Of a DNA stretch of 32,000 nt, positions 1 through 8,486 are shown one piece after another (position 1 is the stretch's first letter; each line of letters starts with the position of its first letter). Where the stretch lies: NCBI GenBank assembly GCA_026387835.1, contig JAPLKZ010000013.1, positions 1-32,000 on the forward strand, given 5' to 3'. The stretch is from Candidatus Saganbacteria bacterium (lineage in GTDB: Bacteria; Margulisbacteria; WOR-1; JAKLHX01). The position numbers and the translations under genes are program-made. The notes under the pieces are model-generated. The model was not told the origin of the DNA. It saw nothing but the letters and a program-made list of their open reading frames with translations, and did not search any database.

Positions 1-2
1 GC

Positions 3-428
3 AAATTTCTAATGGAAACAACTGGCAGGAAGTTCGGTCTGCTTACAGAAGCACAATGGGAATTCGCGGCAAGAGGGACTGAAGGAAGAATATATCCGTG
101 GGGAAATGAGTCGTATGAAGGGCGCGTTAATTTCAATAACACAGGAACAACTCCTGTCAACAAATTTCCGACGGGCGCGACTCCTTCAGGGATATTTGAT
201 ATGGCGGGTAATGTATGGGAATGGGTACAGAATTGGTATGCGAGTAGATATGATCCAAAAGATTTAACGAATCCTAAAGGGCCGGACAACGGTACTAATA
301 GGGTGTTGCGCGGCGGTTCCTGGTATAGCAACAATTCTGATGAACTGATGGCCGCGTACCGGAGCATCGACAAACCGGGGAAACAGTGCGACAATATCGG
401 CTTCCGCCTCGCCGAAGACTTAGGTTAA
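3..428 (+). CDS. C-terminal part of FGE-sulfatase/SUMF1-family (formylglycine-generating-enzyme fold) protein; 5' end outside window
   Basis: Family motifs TEAQWEFAARG, YPWGNE, FDMAGNVWEWVQNWY, RVLRGGSWYSN and NIGFRLAED. The frame is open upstream of the listed ATG to the window edge. Confidence 0.9.
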   Translation, partial: KFLMETTGRKFGLLTEAQWEFAARGTEGRIYPWGNESYEGRVNFNNTGTTPVNKFPTGATPSGIFDMAGNVWEWVQNWYASRYDPKDLTNPKGPDNGTNRVLRGGSWYSNNSDELMAAYRSIDKPGKQCDNIGFRLAEDLG

Positions 429-450
429 CACCTTTTGTCCTTTGCCCCCT

Positions 451-464
451 GCCTGCCGGCAGGC
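451..464. repeat. Perfect 14-bp palindrome GCCTGCCGGCAGGC in the intergenic gap
   Basis: Sequence equals its own reverse complement and is followed by a partial reiteration (AGGC). No U-tract follows. Confidence 0.6.
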
Positions 465-553
465 AGGCTTTACGCCTTTTCCGGCGCAAACAATTGGATG
501 TGCATAAATGATTGAATCAATTAATTTGATCACGAAAAAATAAGTTCTCATTA

Positions 554-562
554 TGCTATAAT
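554..562 (+). promoter_or_regulatory. Extended -10 promoter TGCTATAAT for gmk, predicting a leaderless or near-leaderless transcript
   Basis: TG-N-TATAAT with the hexamer ending 7 nt before the gmk ATG at 570. No convincing -35 at 16-18 bp. Confidence 0.5.
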
Positions 563-569
563 TTCAATA

Positions 570-1193
570 ATGCCGCATAAAAAAGCCAAAGTTAAACAGA
601 AAAAAGGTCTACTGGTGGTCATTTCCGGACCTTCGGGGGTCGGGAAAAGCACTGTCGTGCGCAGGCTGATGAAGATAGCGCCCGAATACGAACTTTCTAT
701 CTCTTCCACGACAAGGCCGGCAAGACCTGGCGAAAAACACGGCAAGGACTACTTTTTCATACACGAAAAAGATTTCATTGACAGGGTAGAAAAAGATACT
801 TTCTTTGAATGGGCCCAGGTGCACGGCGCGTACTACGGGACATCAAAAAAATTCATCCAGGAGCATCTTGATAAAGGCAATGCCGTCATTTTGGAAGTGG
901 ACGTGCAGGGAGCCTCGACCATAAAGGATTTTGTGACAAAGACGGGCGTGAAGCACGCCAATGCGGTCTTCATATTCCTTATACCGCCTTCGGTAGACAT
1001 ACTCGCCTTCAGGCTTAAGAGGCGCAAGACCGAAAAAGAGGAGCAGGTCAATTACAGGCTGAGGGCGGCGATAGCAGAACTGCAGGTGATGGAAAAGTAC
1101 GATTATATAGTCGTGAACGACAAGGTCGAGTCCGCGGCCGACAAAATAAATGCTATAATTAAGGTAGAAAAAGAAAGGACATTCCTTAATTGA
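570..1193 (+). CDS. gmk: Guanylate kinase
   Basis: P-loop GPSGVGKSTV, STTRPARPGEKHGKDYFF, EWAQVHGAYYGT, ILEVDVQGA. Confidence 0.95.
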   Translation: MPHKKAKVKQKKGLLVVISGPSGVGKSTVVRRLMKIAPEYELSISSTTRPARPGEKHGKDYFFIHEKDFIDRVEKDTFFEWAQVHGAYYGTSKKFIQEHLDKGNAVILEVDVQGASTIKDFVTKTGVKHANAVFIFLIPPSVDILAFRLKRRKTEKEEQVNYRLRAAIAELQVMEKYDYIVVNDKVESAADKINAIIKVEKERTFLN

Positions 1194-1498
1194 GCCAACC
1201 AACCATTGATTCATTAATAAAGGTGACAGATAATAAATATCTGCTTTCCAACGCGATCGCGACGCGGGCGAAAGAGATCAGCGAAGGTTCGATCCCGTAT
1301 ATCGACGATTTTAATCCGCTGAACCCGATCGACACGGCAATGAAAGAATTCGCGGCGGGTAAGCTGAAGATCAAGATACTCAGCGGACCGGTCGCAAAGC
1401 CGCTGAAGGTCATCGAGCAGAAGGCAAAGGATTTCTGGACGATAGACAACCTTGAAAAGAAAGAACATAAAAAGGCGAAAAAGACCAAGAGCAAATAG
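1190..1498 (+). CDS. rpoZ: DNA-directed RNA polymerase omega subunit
   Basis: N-terminal IDSLIKVTDNKYLLSNAIATRAKEI is omega-like. Overlaps the gmk stop by 4 nt and is followed by coaBC, a common gene order. Confidence 0.85.
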   Translation: MSQPTIDSLIKVTDNKYLLSNAIATRAKEISEGSIPYIDDFNPLNPIDTAMKEFAAGKLKIKILSGPVAKPLKVIEQKAKDFWTIDNLEKKEHKKAKKTKSK

Positions 1499-1525
1499 TC
1501 GCCCCTTTTTAAGCCCTGCATCAAC

Positions 1526-2731
1526 ATGGACCTAATAAACAGGCCTCTTCTCAATAAAAAGATAATCCTCGGAGTGACAGGCTGCATAGCAGCGTATAAA
1601 TCCGCCGAGATAGTAAGGCGCCTTAAAAAACTCGGGGCTGATGTCTGGGTCGTGATGACAGCTTCGGCTCAGGAGTTCGTGACCCCGCTTACTTTCAGGA
1701 CACTTTCAGAAAATCCCTGTATAGCAAAGATGTTCGACGAAAATACGGTATCGATGCCTATGCCTCATCTGGCCCTGTCCGATTCCGCAGATCTTCTTCT
1801 GGTCGCGCCGGCAACGGCAAATATTATCGGCAAAGCCGCGGGAGGGATAGCTGATGACGCCCTGTCCACGATAATCATGTCGGTGGAATGTCCAATCGTC
1901 ATGGCGCCGGCAATGAACACGAAGATGTGGAAGAACGCGGCAGTTCAGGAAAATGTAAAAAAGCTCAGGAAACTCGGTTCGATCTTTATCGGTCCTGAAA
2001 AAGGCGAACTTGCCTGCGGCGATATAGGTGAAGGAAGGCTGGCAAATACTGATGATATTATAAAAGCGGTCGTCGATAAGATAGGGATCAAACAGGACCT
2101 TGCGGGGAAAAAGCTGCTGATAACCGCGGGCGGCACAAGAGAGGCGATAGACCCTGTCAGGTTCATCGGGAACCGCTCGTCCGGGAAAATGGGTTTTGCC
2201 ATCGCTGAAGCGGCGCGCAACAGGGGAGCGGATGTCGTCCTTATAAGCGCAAATGCAAATATCAAAGCGCCTGACGGGATAGAACTTGTCAATGTCCAGA
2301 ACGCAAGACAGATGAAAGACGAGGTGTCCAGGCACTTTAAAGACAGCGATATCCTGGTGATGTCGGCCGCGGTATCCGATTTTACACCACAAAAGGCTTC
2401 TTCCGAGAAGATAAAAAAGGGAAAAGAGAACGTCAATATAGGACTCAAGCCGACAGATGACATCCTTTTATCCGTCTCAAAACAAAAAGAGGGGAAAGTG
2501 ATCGTCGGATTCTCCGTGGAAAGCAGGGATCTATTGAAGAATTCAAAAGATAAGCTCAGATCAAAAGACCTCGATATGATAGTTGCAAATGACGTGAGCG
2601 CTTTTGAAGATGACTCATCAAAGGTGACCATCATAAAGAGATCCGGAAAATCTATAGACCTGCCGAGACTTCCCAAGTCAAAATCTGCCGAGAAGATACT
2701 TGATGAGATAGCGCTAAGCTCTAAGCACTAA
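1526..2731 (+). CDS. coaBC: Bifunctional phosphopantothenoylcysteine decarboxylase / phosphopantothenate-cysteine ligase
   Basis: Flavoprotein part ILGVTGCIAAYKSAEIVRRL, APATANIIGKAAGGIADDAL, APAMNTKMW. CoaB part ITAGGTREAIDPVRFIGNRSSGKMGFAIAEAA, MSAAVSDFTP. Confidence 0.95.
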   Translation: MDLINRPLLNKKIILGVTGCIAAYKSAEIVRRLKKLGADVWVVMTASAQEFVTPLTFRTLSENPCIAKMFDENTVSMPMPHLALSDSADLLLVAPATANIIGKAAGGIADDALSTIIMSVECPIVMAPAMNTKMWKNAAVQENVKKLRKLGSIFIGPEKGELACGDIGEGRLANTDDIIKAVVDKIGIKQDLAGKKLLITAGGTREAIDPVRFIGNRSSGKMGFAIAEAARNRGADVVLISANANIKAPDGIELVNVQNARQMKDEVSRHFKDSDILVMSAAVSDFTPQKASSEKIKKGKENVNIGLKPTDDILLSVSKQKEGKVIVGFSVESRDLLKNSKDKLRSKDLDMIVANDVSAFEDDSSKVTIIKRSGKSIDLPRLPKSKSAEKILDEIALSSKH

Positions 2732-2801
2732 GTTATAAGTAAATTTGATTAACGGCTTAATCCTTAGCGCTTACAGCTTAGAGCTCAAGAAAGGCGTTCA
2801 A

Positions 2802-4808
2802 ATGTATGCCCAGGTAGTTCTGTCCTATGTCTCCTCTTTTGTCGATAAGCCTTTCACATATTTAATACCAGACAGCCTGACCGGCAAGCTTCAGATCGGA
2901 TCGCAGGTAATTATCCCGTTCGGAAAAAGAAAAGAGGTCGGATATATCGTTGGATTTCTAAAAGAACTTCCCGAAGAGATCAAAGGCATGAAAAGCATCG
3001 AGGATGTCAGGGGCAATGTTCCGTTCTTTTCAGCAGATACTGTAGAAGCGGCAAAATGGATGTCACAGTATTATGTCTCCTTTTTCGGTTCTGCCCTCAG
3101 GACCATGATGATACCAGGGGTTGAGAGTTTCGAAAATAAAAAAGGGAAAAAGAGACTGGAGATAACTCCTGGCCCCGAACCTAAACGGTTCAGCTCCTTT
3201 GACCATTCCGAAAAGACGGAGCCGACGCGTCTTGCCCCGAGCCTGCCGAGGGGTTTAGCGTCGGGCTATAGCATTGTCCTCTTATCCGGTCCCTCCGGTT
3301 CAGGCAAGACCGCGTTCTATATAAAGAGCATAAAAGAAGCATTATCAAAAGGCCTCGGGGCAATAATATTAGTGCCGGAGATCTCGTTTTCAAATCAGCT
3401 TGTTTCAGCGATGAAAGAAGAATTTGCCGGAAAGATCGCCGTGATCCACAGTTCTGTCCCGCAGAAAGAGCTGATCGAGGAATGGAAAAAAATATATTCG
3501 GGCGAATTTAAGGTCGTCCTTGGCACGAGAACGGCTCTTTTTACTCCGGTAAGGGATTTGGGCCTGATAATAATCGATGAAGAAGAAGAATTCACATACA
3601 AACAGGAACAAAACCCCAAATATCATGCGCGTGAAGCGGCATTGTTCATAGCAAAACAGAAAAATATCCCCGTGATCCTGGGTTCCGGCTGTCCGACAGT
3701 CGAGACTTTCTATAAGGCGGATGAAAAAAAATACAGGATCATCAAGTTAGAAAGGAAAAAAGACCTGCCGGCGTTCCCGTTAATTGATATCGTCAATATG
3801 AGGGAAGAGAATAAAAATAAGTTCGGGATACTGAGCAAAAAGCTTGTTGCAGAGATGAGGGCAGTTGTCGAAAAGAACCAAAAGATCATTCTTCTGATAA
3901 ATAGGAGAGGGTTTGCGCCTTTTCTTTTGTGCGAGGAGTGCGGGAACACCATCGTCTGCCCGAACTGTTCCGTTTCTTTATCGTATCATGCGATGGACAA
4001 GAGCCTTCACTGCAGCCGCTGCGGTTTTACCAAGACGGTCCCAGTGGTCTGCCCGAACTGCATGAGCTCGGATGTCAGGTTCATTGGGACCGGTACTCAA
4101 AAGGTGGAAAGGGAAGTCGCAAGATATTTTCCGAAGCTGAAGACGCTGAGGCTCGATAAAGACATCACGGATGTCAAGAAGACCCAGGATGTCGTGATAA
4201 AGATGTTCGCGGAAGGGGACGCGAATATCCTGATAGGGACGCAGATGGCAGTGCGCACCATGGAGCTCACAAAAGTTTCCCTTGCTGGGATCGTCTCGGC
4301 GGACATGGCACTCGGGACCCCGGATTTCAGGGCGGCAGAAAGCACGTTCCAGATGATACTCGAGGTCGCGGGCGTGTCAAAGCGCCATAATATACCGGAA
4401 AAAGTGATAGTCCAGACCTATAACGCTGACCATTATGCCTTTGCCTGCGCGAAGGGATATGATTATGAAAGATTTTACGGTAAAGAGATACTGAACCGCA
4501 GGGAAAGCAAATATCCTCCTTACGGGCAGGTGATAAACCTGATGATCTATGGCAAGAAGCCCGCTTCGGGGCAAAGCGTCGCGGAAGATATCGCGGAAAG
4601 GCTCATCTCATTGAAAAAAGGGATAGAGATCCTGGGACCTGTCCAAACCTCCCTGGCGAAAGTGCGCGGCAGGTCAAGGTGGCAGATATTGATTAAGGGC
4701 AGGGATTTGGATATCATAAAAGATGAGTTGAGGGGTATAGTTTCCGACCCGAAATACCGGAAGGATTACAGCATAAGCGTCGATGTGGACCCGATAAATA
4801 TAGGGTGA
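2802..4808 (+). CDS. priA: Primosomal protein N' (PriA helicase); the track places the start at 2745 but ATG 2802 has a better ribosome-binding site
   Basis: GPSGSGKTAFY, LVPEISF, DEEEEFTYKQE, LLINRRGFAPFLLCEECGNTIVCPNCSVSLSYH zinc-binding region, GTQKVEREV, GTQMAVRTMELTKVSL. AAAGG lies 7 nt before ATG 2802. Confidence 0.93.
   Translation: MYAQVVLSYVSSFVDKPFTYLIPDSLTGKLQIGSQVIIPFGKRKEVGYIVGFLKELPEEIKGMKSIEDVRGNVPFFSADTVEAAKWMSQYYVSFFGSALRTMMIPGVESFENKKGKKRLEITPGPEPKRFSSFDHSEKTEPTRLAPSLPRGLASGYSIVLLSGPSGSGKTAFYIKSIKEALSKGLGAIILVPEISFSNQLVSAMKEEFAGKIAVIHSSVPQKELIEEWKKIYSGEFKVVLGTRTALFTPVRDLGLIIIDEEEEFTYKQEQNPKYHAREAALFIAKQKNIPVILGSGCPTVETFYKADEKKYRIIKLERKKDLPAFPLIDIVNMREENKNKFGILSKKLVAEMRAVVEKNQKIILLINRRGFAPFLLCEECGNTIVCPNCSVSLSYHAMDKSLHCSRCGFTKTVPVVCPNCMSSDVRFIGTGTQKVEREVARYFPKLKTLRLDKDITDVKKTQDVVIKMFAEGDANILIGTQMAVRTMELTKVSLAGIVSADMALGTPDFRAAESTFQMILEVAGVSKRHNIPEKVIVQTYNADHYAFACAKGYDYERFYGKEILNRRESKYPPYGQVINLMIYGKKPASGQSVAEDIAERLISLKKGIEILGPVQTSLAKVRGRSRWQILIKGRDLDIIKDELRGIVSDPKYRKDYSISVDVDPINIG
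3213..3253. repeat. Candidate repeat-like insertion inside priA with two small inverted repeats
   Basis: AAGACG (3213-3218) pairs with CGTCTT (3228-3233). CCCCGAGCCTGCCGAGGGG (3235-3253) has CCCC/GGGG arms. It sits at an atypical protein linker just before the Walker A motif. Confidence 0.4.
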
Positions 4809-4813
4809 GTAGG

Positions 4814-4834
4814 GGGCGGGTTTGAAACCCGCCC
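4814..4834. repeat. Perfect 21-nt inverted repeat GGGCGGGTTT-G-AAACCCGCCC in the priA-def gap
   Basis: 10-bp arms around a central G. The outer bases GTA (4809-4811) and TAC (4836-4838) extend the dyad. No T-tract. Confidence 0.75.
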
Positions 4835-4846
4835 GTACAGGCAAAA

Positions 4847-5332
4847 ATGGCAATATTGAATATCCTGGTAAAAGGTAACCCGGTCCTGAAGAAGAAAGCG
4901 AAAGCCGTTAAAAAGGTGACGCTTACGCATGTGAGATTGATGGATGACATGGTGGAGACCATGCGGATCGCGCCGGGTATCGGTCTTGCCGCGCCCCAGG
5001 TGGGCGTTTCGGAGAGGATAATAGTCGTCGAGCTTGAAAATGAATTGTTCCGCCTTGCTAATCCAAAGATAGTAAAAAAATCAGGAAAACAGGTCTGCAT
5101 GGAAGGCTGCCTGAGCGTTCCGGGACTGGAAGGGCCAGTCGAGCGTTATAAAAAGATCTGTGTTACTGGAATGGATAAAGGCGGCAAGCAGGTCAAAATA
5201 GACGCTGAAGGCCTTTTGGCCGTTGTGTTCCAGCACGAGATCGACCATCTTGACGGCATGTTGTTCGTTGAAAGAGTAAAAGACCCCTCCCTTATCAGGC
5301 CGAAAGAGCCGACTAAAGAAGAGACGATATAG
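4847..5332 (+). CDS. def: Peptide deformylase
   Basis: GIGLAAPQVG, EGCLSVPG and HEIDHLDGMLF metal-binding motifs. Confidence 0.96.
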   Translation: MAILNILVKGNPVLKKKAKAVKKVTLTHVRLMDDMVETMRIAPGIGLAAPQVGVSERIIVVELENELFRLANPKIVKKSGKQVCMEGCLSVPGLEGPVERYKKICVTGMDKGGKQVKIDAEGLLAVVFQHEIDHLDGMLFVERVKDPSLIRPKEPTKEETI

Positions 5333-5352
5333 TCGAGTTTTATATCTCATAA

Positions 5353-5361
5353 TGCTATAAT
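5353..5361 (+). promoter_or_regulatory. Extended -10 promoter TGCTATAAT upstream of the DUF5674-like gene
   Basis: Same ATGCTATAAT core as upstream of gmk. The hexamer ends 9 nt before ATG 5371. Confidence 0.5.
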
Positions 5362-5370
5362 CTTTCCAAG

Positions 5371-5712
5371 ATGAAAATCATTTCAGACAGCATCGATAAC
5401 TCGGAGCTTATTGAAACATCCAAAAGGACTTTCGGTAATATGGTCAAAGCCGTTGTCGATATCGATAAAGGGATCATGGCCATAGACGGAGAGCTGCACT
5501 CGGACGAGGAATCACTTCTGATCGAAAACGGCTCAAAACAATCGTCCTTGTGGGGCATTAATATTTATCCCGAAGAAAAAGATGACGGGCGGATCGAGTT
5601 CGATTCCATGATAAATCTGAGGCCGTCCCAAGCGAACAGGTCTCGCTCAGTTGAAAGTCCCGCCATAAGGGATAAGATCATTGAAATAGTAGCCCGTCTG
5701 GTGAAAAGATGA
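5371..5712 (+). CDS. DUF5674-like protein
   Basis: FGNMVKAVVDIDKGIMAIDGELHSDEE, NGSKQSSLWGINIYPE and IEFDSMINLRPSQANRSRSVE match my recollection of this conserved uncharacterised family. Confidence 0.7.
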   Translation: MKIISDSIDNSELIETSKRTFGNMVKAVVDIDKGIMAIDGELHSDEESLLIENGSKQSSLWGINIYPEEKDDGRIEFDSMINLRPSQANRSRSVESPAIRDKIIEIVARLVKR

Positions 5713-6041
5713 ATTATCAGCATAAAGAGCTTGCTTCAGGAAGATGGAACGCTTTGACATTTTTTGAACAGATGGCGAACATAGGCAGCGAGGTCGAGCG
5801 TTCGATAAAATGGCGCAACGAGGGAAGGCCCGACTATTACAGGCTTTCTTTTGACAGGGCGCTTGAACTTCTTGACCTGACGATATCTGACAAAAGGAAC
5901 GTCCGCAGATTGAAAGAGCTGGCGCGTTTGAGGGAGGTCCTTGCGGATTATTTTGAATACGACAACCAGTACGGCTCGGACGACAAAAAATGGCAAAAGT
6001 ATTTTTATTGTTTTAATTATGCCGCAAGATTAAATAAATGA
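5709..6041 (+). CDS. Uncharacterised small protein, translationally coupled to the preceding gene
   Basis: 4-nt overlap with the upstream stop. Body includes EQMANIGSEVERSIKWRNEGR and FDRALELLDLTISDKRNVRRLKELARLREVLADYF. Confidence 0.7.
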   Translation: MNYQHKELASGRWNALTFFEQMANIGSEVERSIKWRNEGRPDYYRLSFDRALELLDLTISDKRNVRRLKELARLREVLADYFEYDNQYGSDDKKWQKYFYCFNYAARLNK

Positions 6042-6973
6042 AGATCATATTCTTCGGGACCCCGGCACAGTCCGCTTATGTTTTATTAGAGTTGATATCT
6101 TCCGGTCTTGATATTACAGCCGCAGTCACTTTCCCCGACAAGCCGAAGGGCAGGGGACTAAAATTATCTTCTTCTCCTGTCGCTGATACAGCAAACATGG
6201 ATAAAATTGAGACTTTCAAACCATTGAAAGCCTCTGACCCGGGGTTTATTGAAAGCCTTAAAGATATCAAACCCGACCTGATAGTCGTAGTTGCCTACGG
6301 GAAAATACTGCCCAAATCGATCCTTGAAATACCAAAATACGGATGCATTAATCTTCACACTTCCCTTCTGCCGAAATACCGCGGGCCTTCTCCTATTCAA
6401 GCCGCGCTTCTGAACGGCGACAAAGAAACAGGCGTAACTATAATCAAACTTAACGAAAAAATGGACGAAGGCGATATTATTCTGCAGGAAACAGTCAAAA
6501 TACCGGAAGATGATAATGCCCGGACATTATCGGACAGATTATTCAATGAAGGATCAAAACTACTTATTAAAGTGATCAAAGACATCGAAAGCGGGAAAGC
6601 AAAATTCACTCCACAGGACCATTCAAAAGCTGTTTACTGCAAGATGATAAAGAAGCAGGACGGGGCTATTGATTTCAATAAAAGCGCGGATGAGATCGTG
6701 AATATGATCAGAGCTTTTACCCCATGGCCGGGAGCGTTTGCTGTTTTTAAAGGAAAGAAAGTTAAAATATTAACAGGAGAAGCGGGGAAAACTGGAAATG
6801 GTGATGCCGGACAGGTGAAAGAGATCATTAAAAATAAAGGGATCATCATATCTGCCGGAGAAGGAGAAATATTGATCAAGAGTGTCCAGCCGGAAAACTC
6901 TAAACCGATGAGCGCTGACGATTTCATTAGTGGATATCACGTGCAGGCCGGGGACAGGTTCACTTCTTCCTGA
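6038..6973 (+). CDS. fmt: Methionyl-tRNA formyltransferase
   Basis: MKIIFFGTP, YGCINLHTSLLPKYRGPSPIQAALLNGDKETGVTI, FTPWPGAF. Confidence 0.95.
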   Translation: MKIIFFGTPAQSAYVLLELISSGLDITAAVTFPDKPKGRGLKLSSSPVADTANMDKIETFKPLKASDPGFIESLKDIKPDLIVVVAYGKILPKSILEIPKYGCINLHTSLLPKYRGPSPIQAALLNGDKETGVTIIKLNEKMDEGDIILQETVKIPEDDNARTLSDRLFNEGSKLLIKVIKDIESGKAKFTPQDHSKAVYCKMIKKQDGAIDFNKSADEIVNMIRAFTPWPGAFAVFKGKKVKILTGEAGKTGNGDAGQVKEIIKNKGIIISAGEGEILIKSVQPENSKPMSADDFISGYHVQAGDRFTSS

Positions 6974-8486
6974 TCACGATCGCGTTGCTCACGGCTCTTT
7001 CCGACCCGCTGTTCATCTTTGCCCCGTTGACGACCATTGAGGAAGACCCTCCGCCGTCAAGGTTCATCGCTTCCACTGCGCCCAGCTCAATTAACAGCTG
7101 GGAAAGTTCCGCCAGCGTAGCACCTTTGTTCTTGCCGCTGCTCTCGACGACCACGAATAACAGGTTGTTATCTTTTGTTATCCCGACCGCGGTCCTTGCC
7201 GCTTTTCCGCTTGTGATGTCGCGCCTGAACTTTTCCTCTTTGGATGTGATATAGACTTTCCCGTCGTATACCAGCCTGGGGCCTCCCGCTATGACGTGGG
7301 TCATATCTTCCAGCGGCGGGGTCGCCATGAAGAACCATTTAACGGGGTCACCCTTTGAAAATCTTTCTTTTATCGCTTCTCCGGCTATGCCGTTGGCCGA
7401 GATCACAAAACCGTTCTTAGGAATAGAAGTCTCGCCGTAATTGATGTCCGTCACTTTTCCGTCGGAGACGATTATATTTGTCGAAGACCCGGAGGGATCG
7501 GTCCTCTGGTAGTCCGGAGTATAGACCATGATCTCGTTCTTGTTTATCGGCTGGTTGACCCCCGAGAATCCCAGCGTCTCGCCGTTCTTGAGCTTAAGGT
7601 ACCCTTCCATTATCACGGAATCGATATTCGCCCTCCCGTCCCTGTATATGACCAGCGCAGTCCTGTTGTATAGAGGGGACGAGATTATCTGTCCGTTTAT
7701 GATAAGCACACCCACGGGCGTGCTGCTGCCGAAGAAATAACTTCCGTTGATACCCGCAAAGGCGTTTGCCGCCTTGACAAATGCCGACACTCTTTTTTTT
7801 GCAAAATGCGAATACGGTTCGGGTTTTCCTCCGAACACTCCTGAGAAAGCGTCGAACAGCGCCCCGAATATAGGGCCCCCGTCGCGCCCCTTCAGCTCCC
7901 GGACAGAGATGACGGGGGTGACATCGACTTTCGAGGGGTCCACGAACAGGACACTTGCAGTTATCCTGTTTTTTTTATCATCCTGCGACACGGTCAGATA
8001 GTTGAGGCCGTCAGTTATCTTCTGGCAGTAATATAACCATTTGTTTTTTGACGGCGCGGCCGGAACAGCCTCTTCAAGAACGCTCTCTTCGGCGGCATCT
8101 TCGATCACCGCTTCAGGAGTCGCTTCCTGCCTGGGGATATCGATCACTATCCTGAAAGGGTCTTTCAACGGAAAGATGTTCTCTTTCACGGGATAGCTTG
8201 TCTCGATGAAAAGGTTCAAAGACGTTTTTGTTTTGCTGAAAGAAAAATCCTTGAACATCCCGTCCCATATCTTGAATTTTTCATGATACTCGTCTGTTGT
8301 AGTATTTGGCATCGATATGATGATGTCGTTGTCCTTCTTTAAAGCCGTGTACTCCACCGGGGCGTCAAGCTGGATCACGATCCTGAGGTTTTCCGATGAC
8401 GTGCTGTAGCGTATATCGGTCATTTCTACGGCAAAGCATGTGCCGGTGATAATACAAAATATCAGCGCAGAGCAAACGGCCTTCAT
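6960..8486 (-). CDS. Secreted phosphodiester glycosidase-family protein with N-terminal AMIN-like domain
   Basis: Signal peptide, AMIN-like [20 protein letters not shown], and C-terminal [17 protein letters not shown] and [21 protein letters not shown] typical of the NAGPA/phosphodiester glycosidase family. Confidence 0.85.
   Translation of the reverse strand: MKAVCSALIFCIITGTCFAVEMTDIRYSTSSENLRIVIQLDAPVEYTALKKDNDIIISMPNTTTDEYHEKFKIWDGMFKDFSFSKTKTSLNLFIETSYPVKENIFPLKDPFRIVIDIPRQEATPEAVIEDAAEESVLEEAVPAAPSKNKWLYYCQKITDGLNYLTVSQDDKKNRITASVLFVDPSKVDVTPVISVRELKGRDGGPIFGALFDAFSGVFGGKPEPYSHFAKKRVSAFVKAANAFAGINGSYFFGSSTPVGVLIINGQIISSPLYNRTALVIYRDGRANIDSVIMEGYLKLKNGETLGFSGVNQPINKNEIMVYTPDYQRTDPSGSSTNIIVSDGKVTDINYGETSIPKNGFVISANGIAGEAIKERFSKGDPVKWFFMATPPLEDMTHVIAGGPRLVYDGKVYITSKEEKFRRDITSGKAARTAVGITKDNNLLFVVVESSGKNKGATLAELSQLLIELGAVEAMNLDGGGSSSMVVNGAKMNSGSERAVSNAIVIRKK

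Noticed and set aside
526-562. TTGATC as -35 for the gmk promoter
   Set aside because: The spacer to TATAAT would be 25 bp, too long. The TGC extension before TATAAT makes an extended -10 promoter more likely.
1945-2676. 243-aa minus-strand ORF opposite coaBC
   Set aside because: It lies entirely antisense to a confidently identified gene, has Ser/Pro-rich composition typical of a shadow ORF, and has no ribosome-binding site or motif support.
4814-4834. Rho-independent terminator for priA
   Set aside because: The stem is strong but no T-run follows, and def starts 13 nt after the repeat. A dispersed palindrome or mRNA structure is more plausible.
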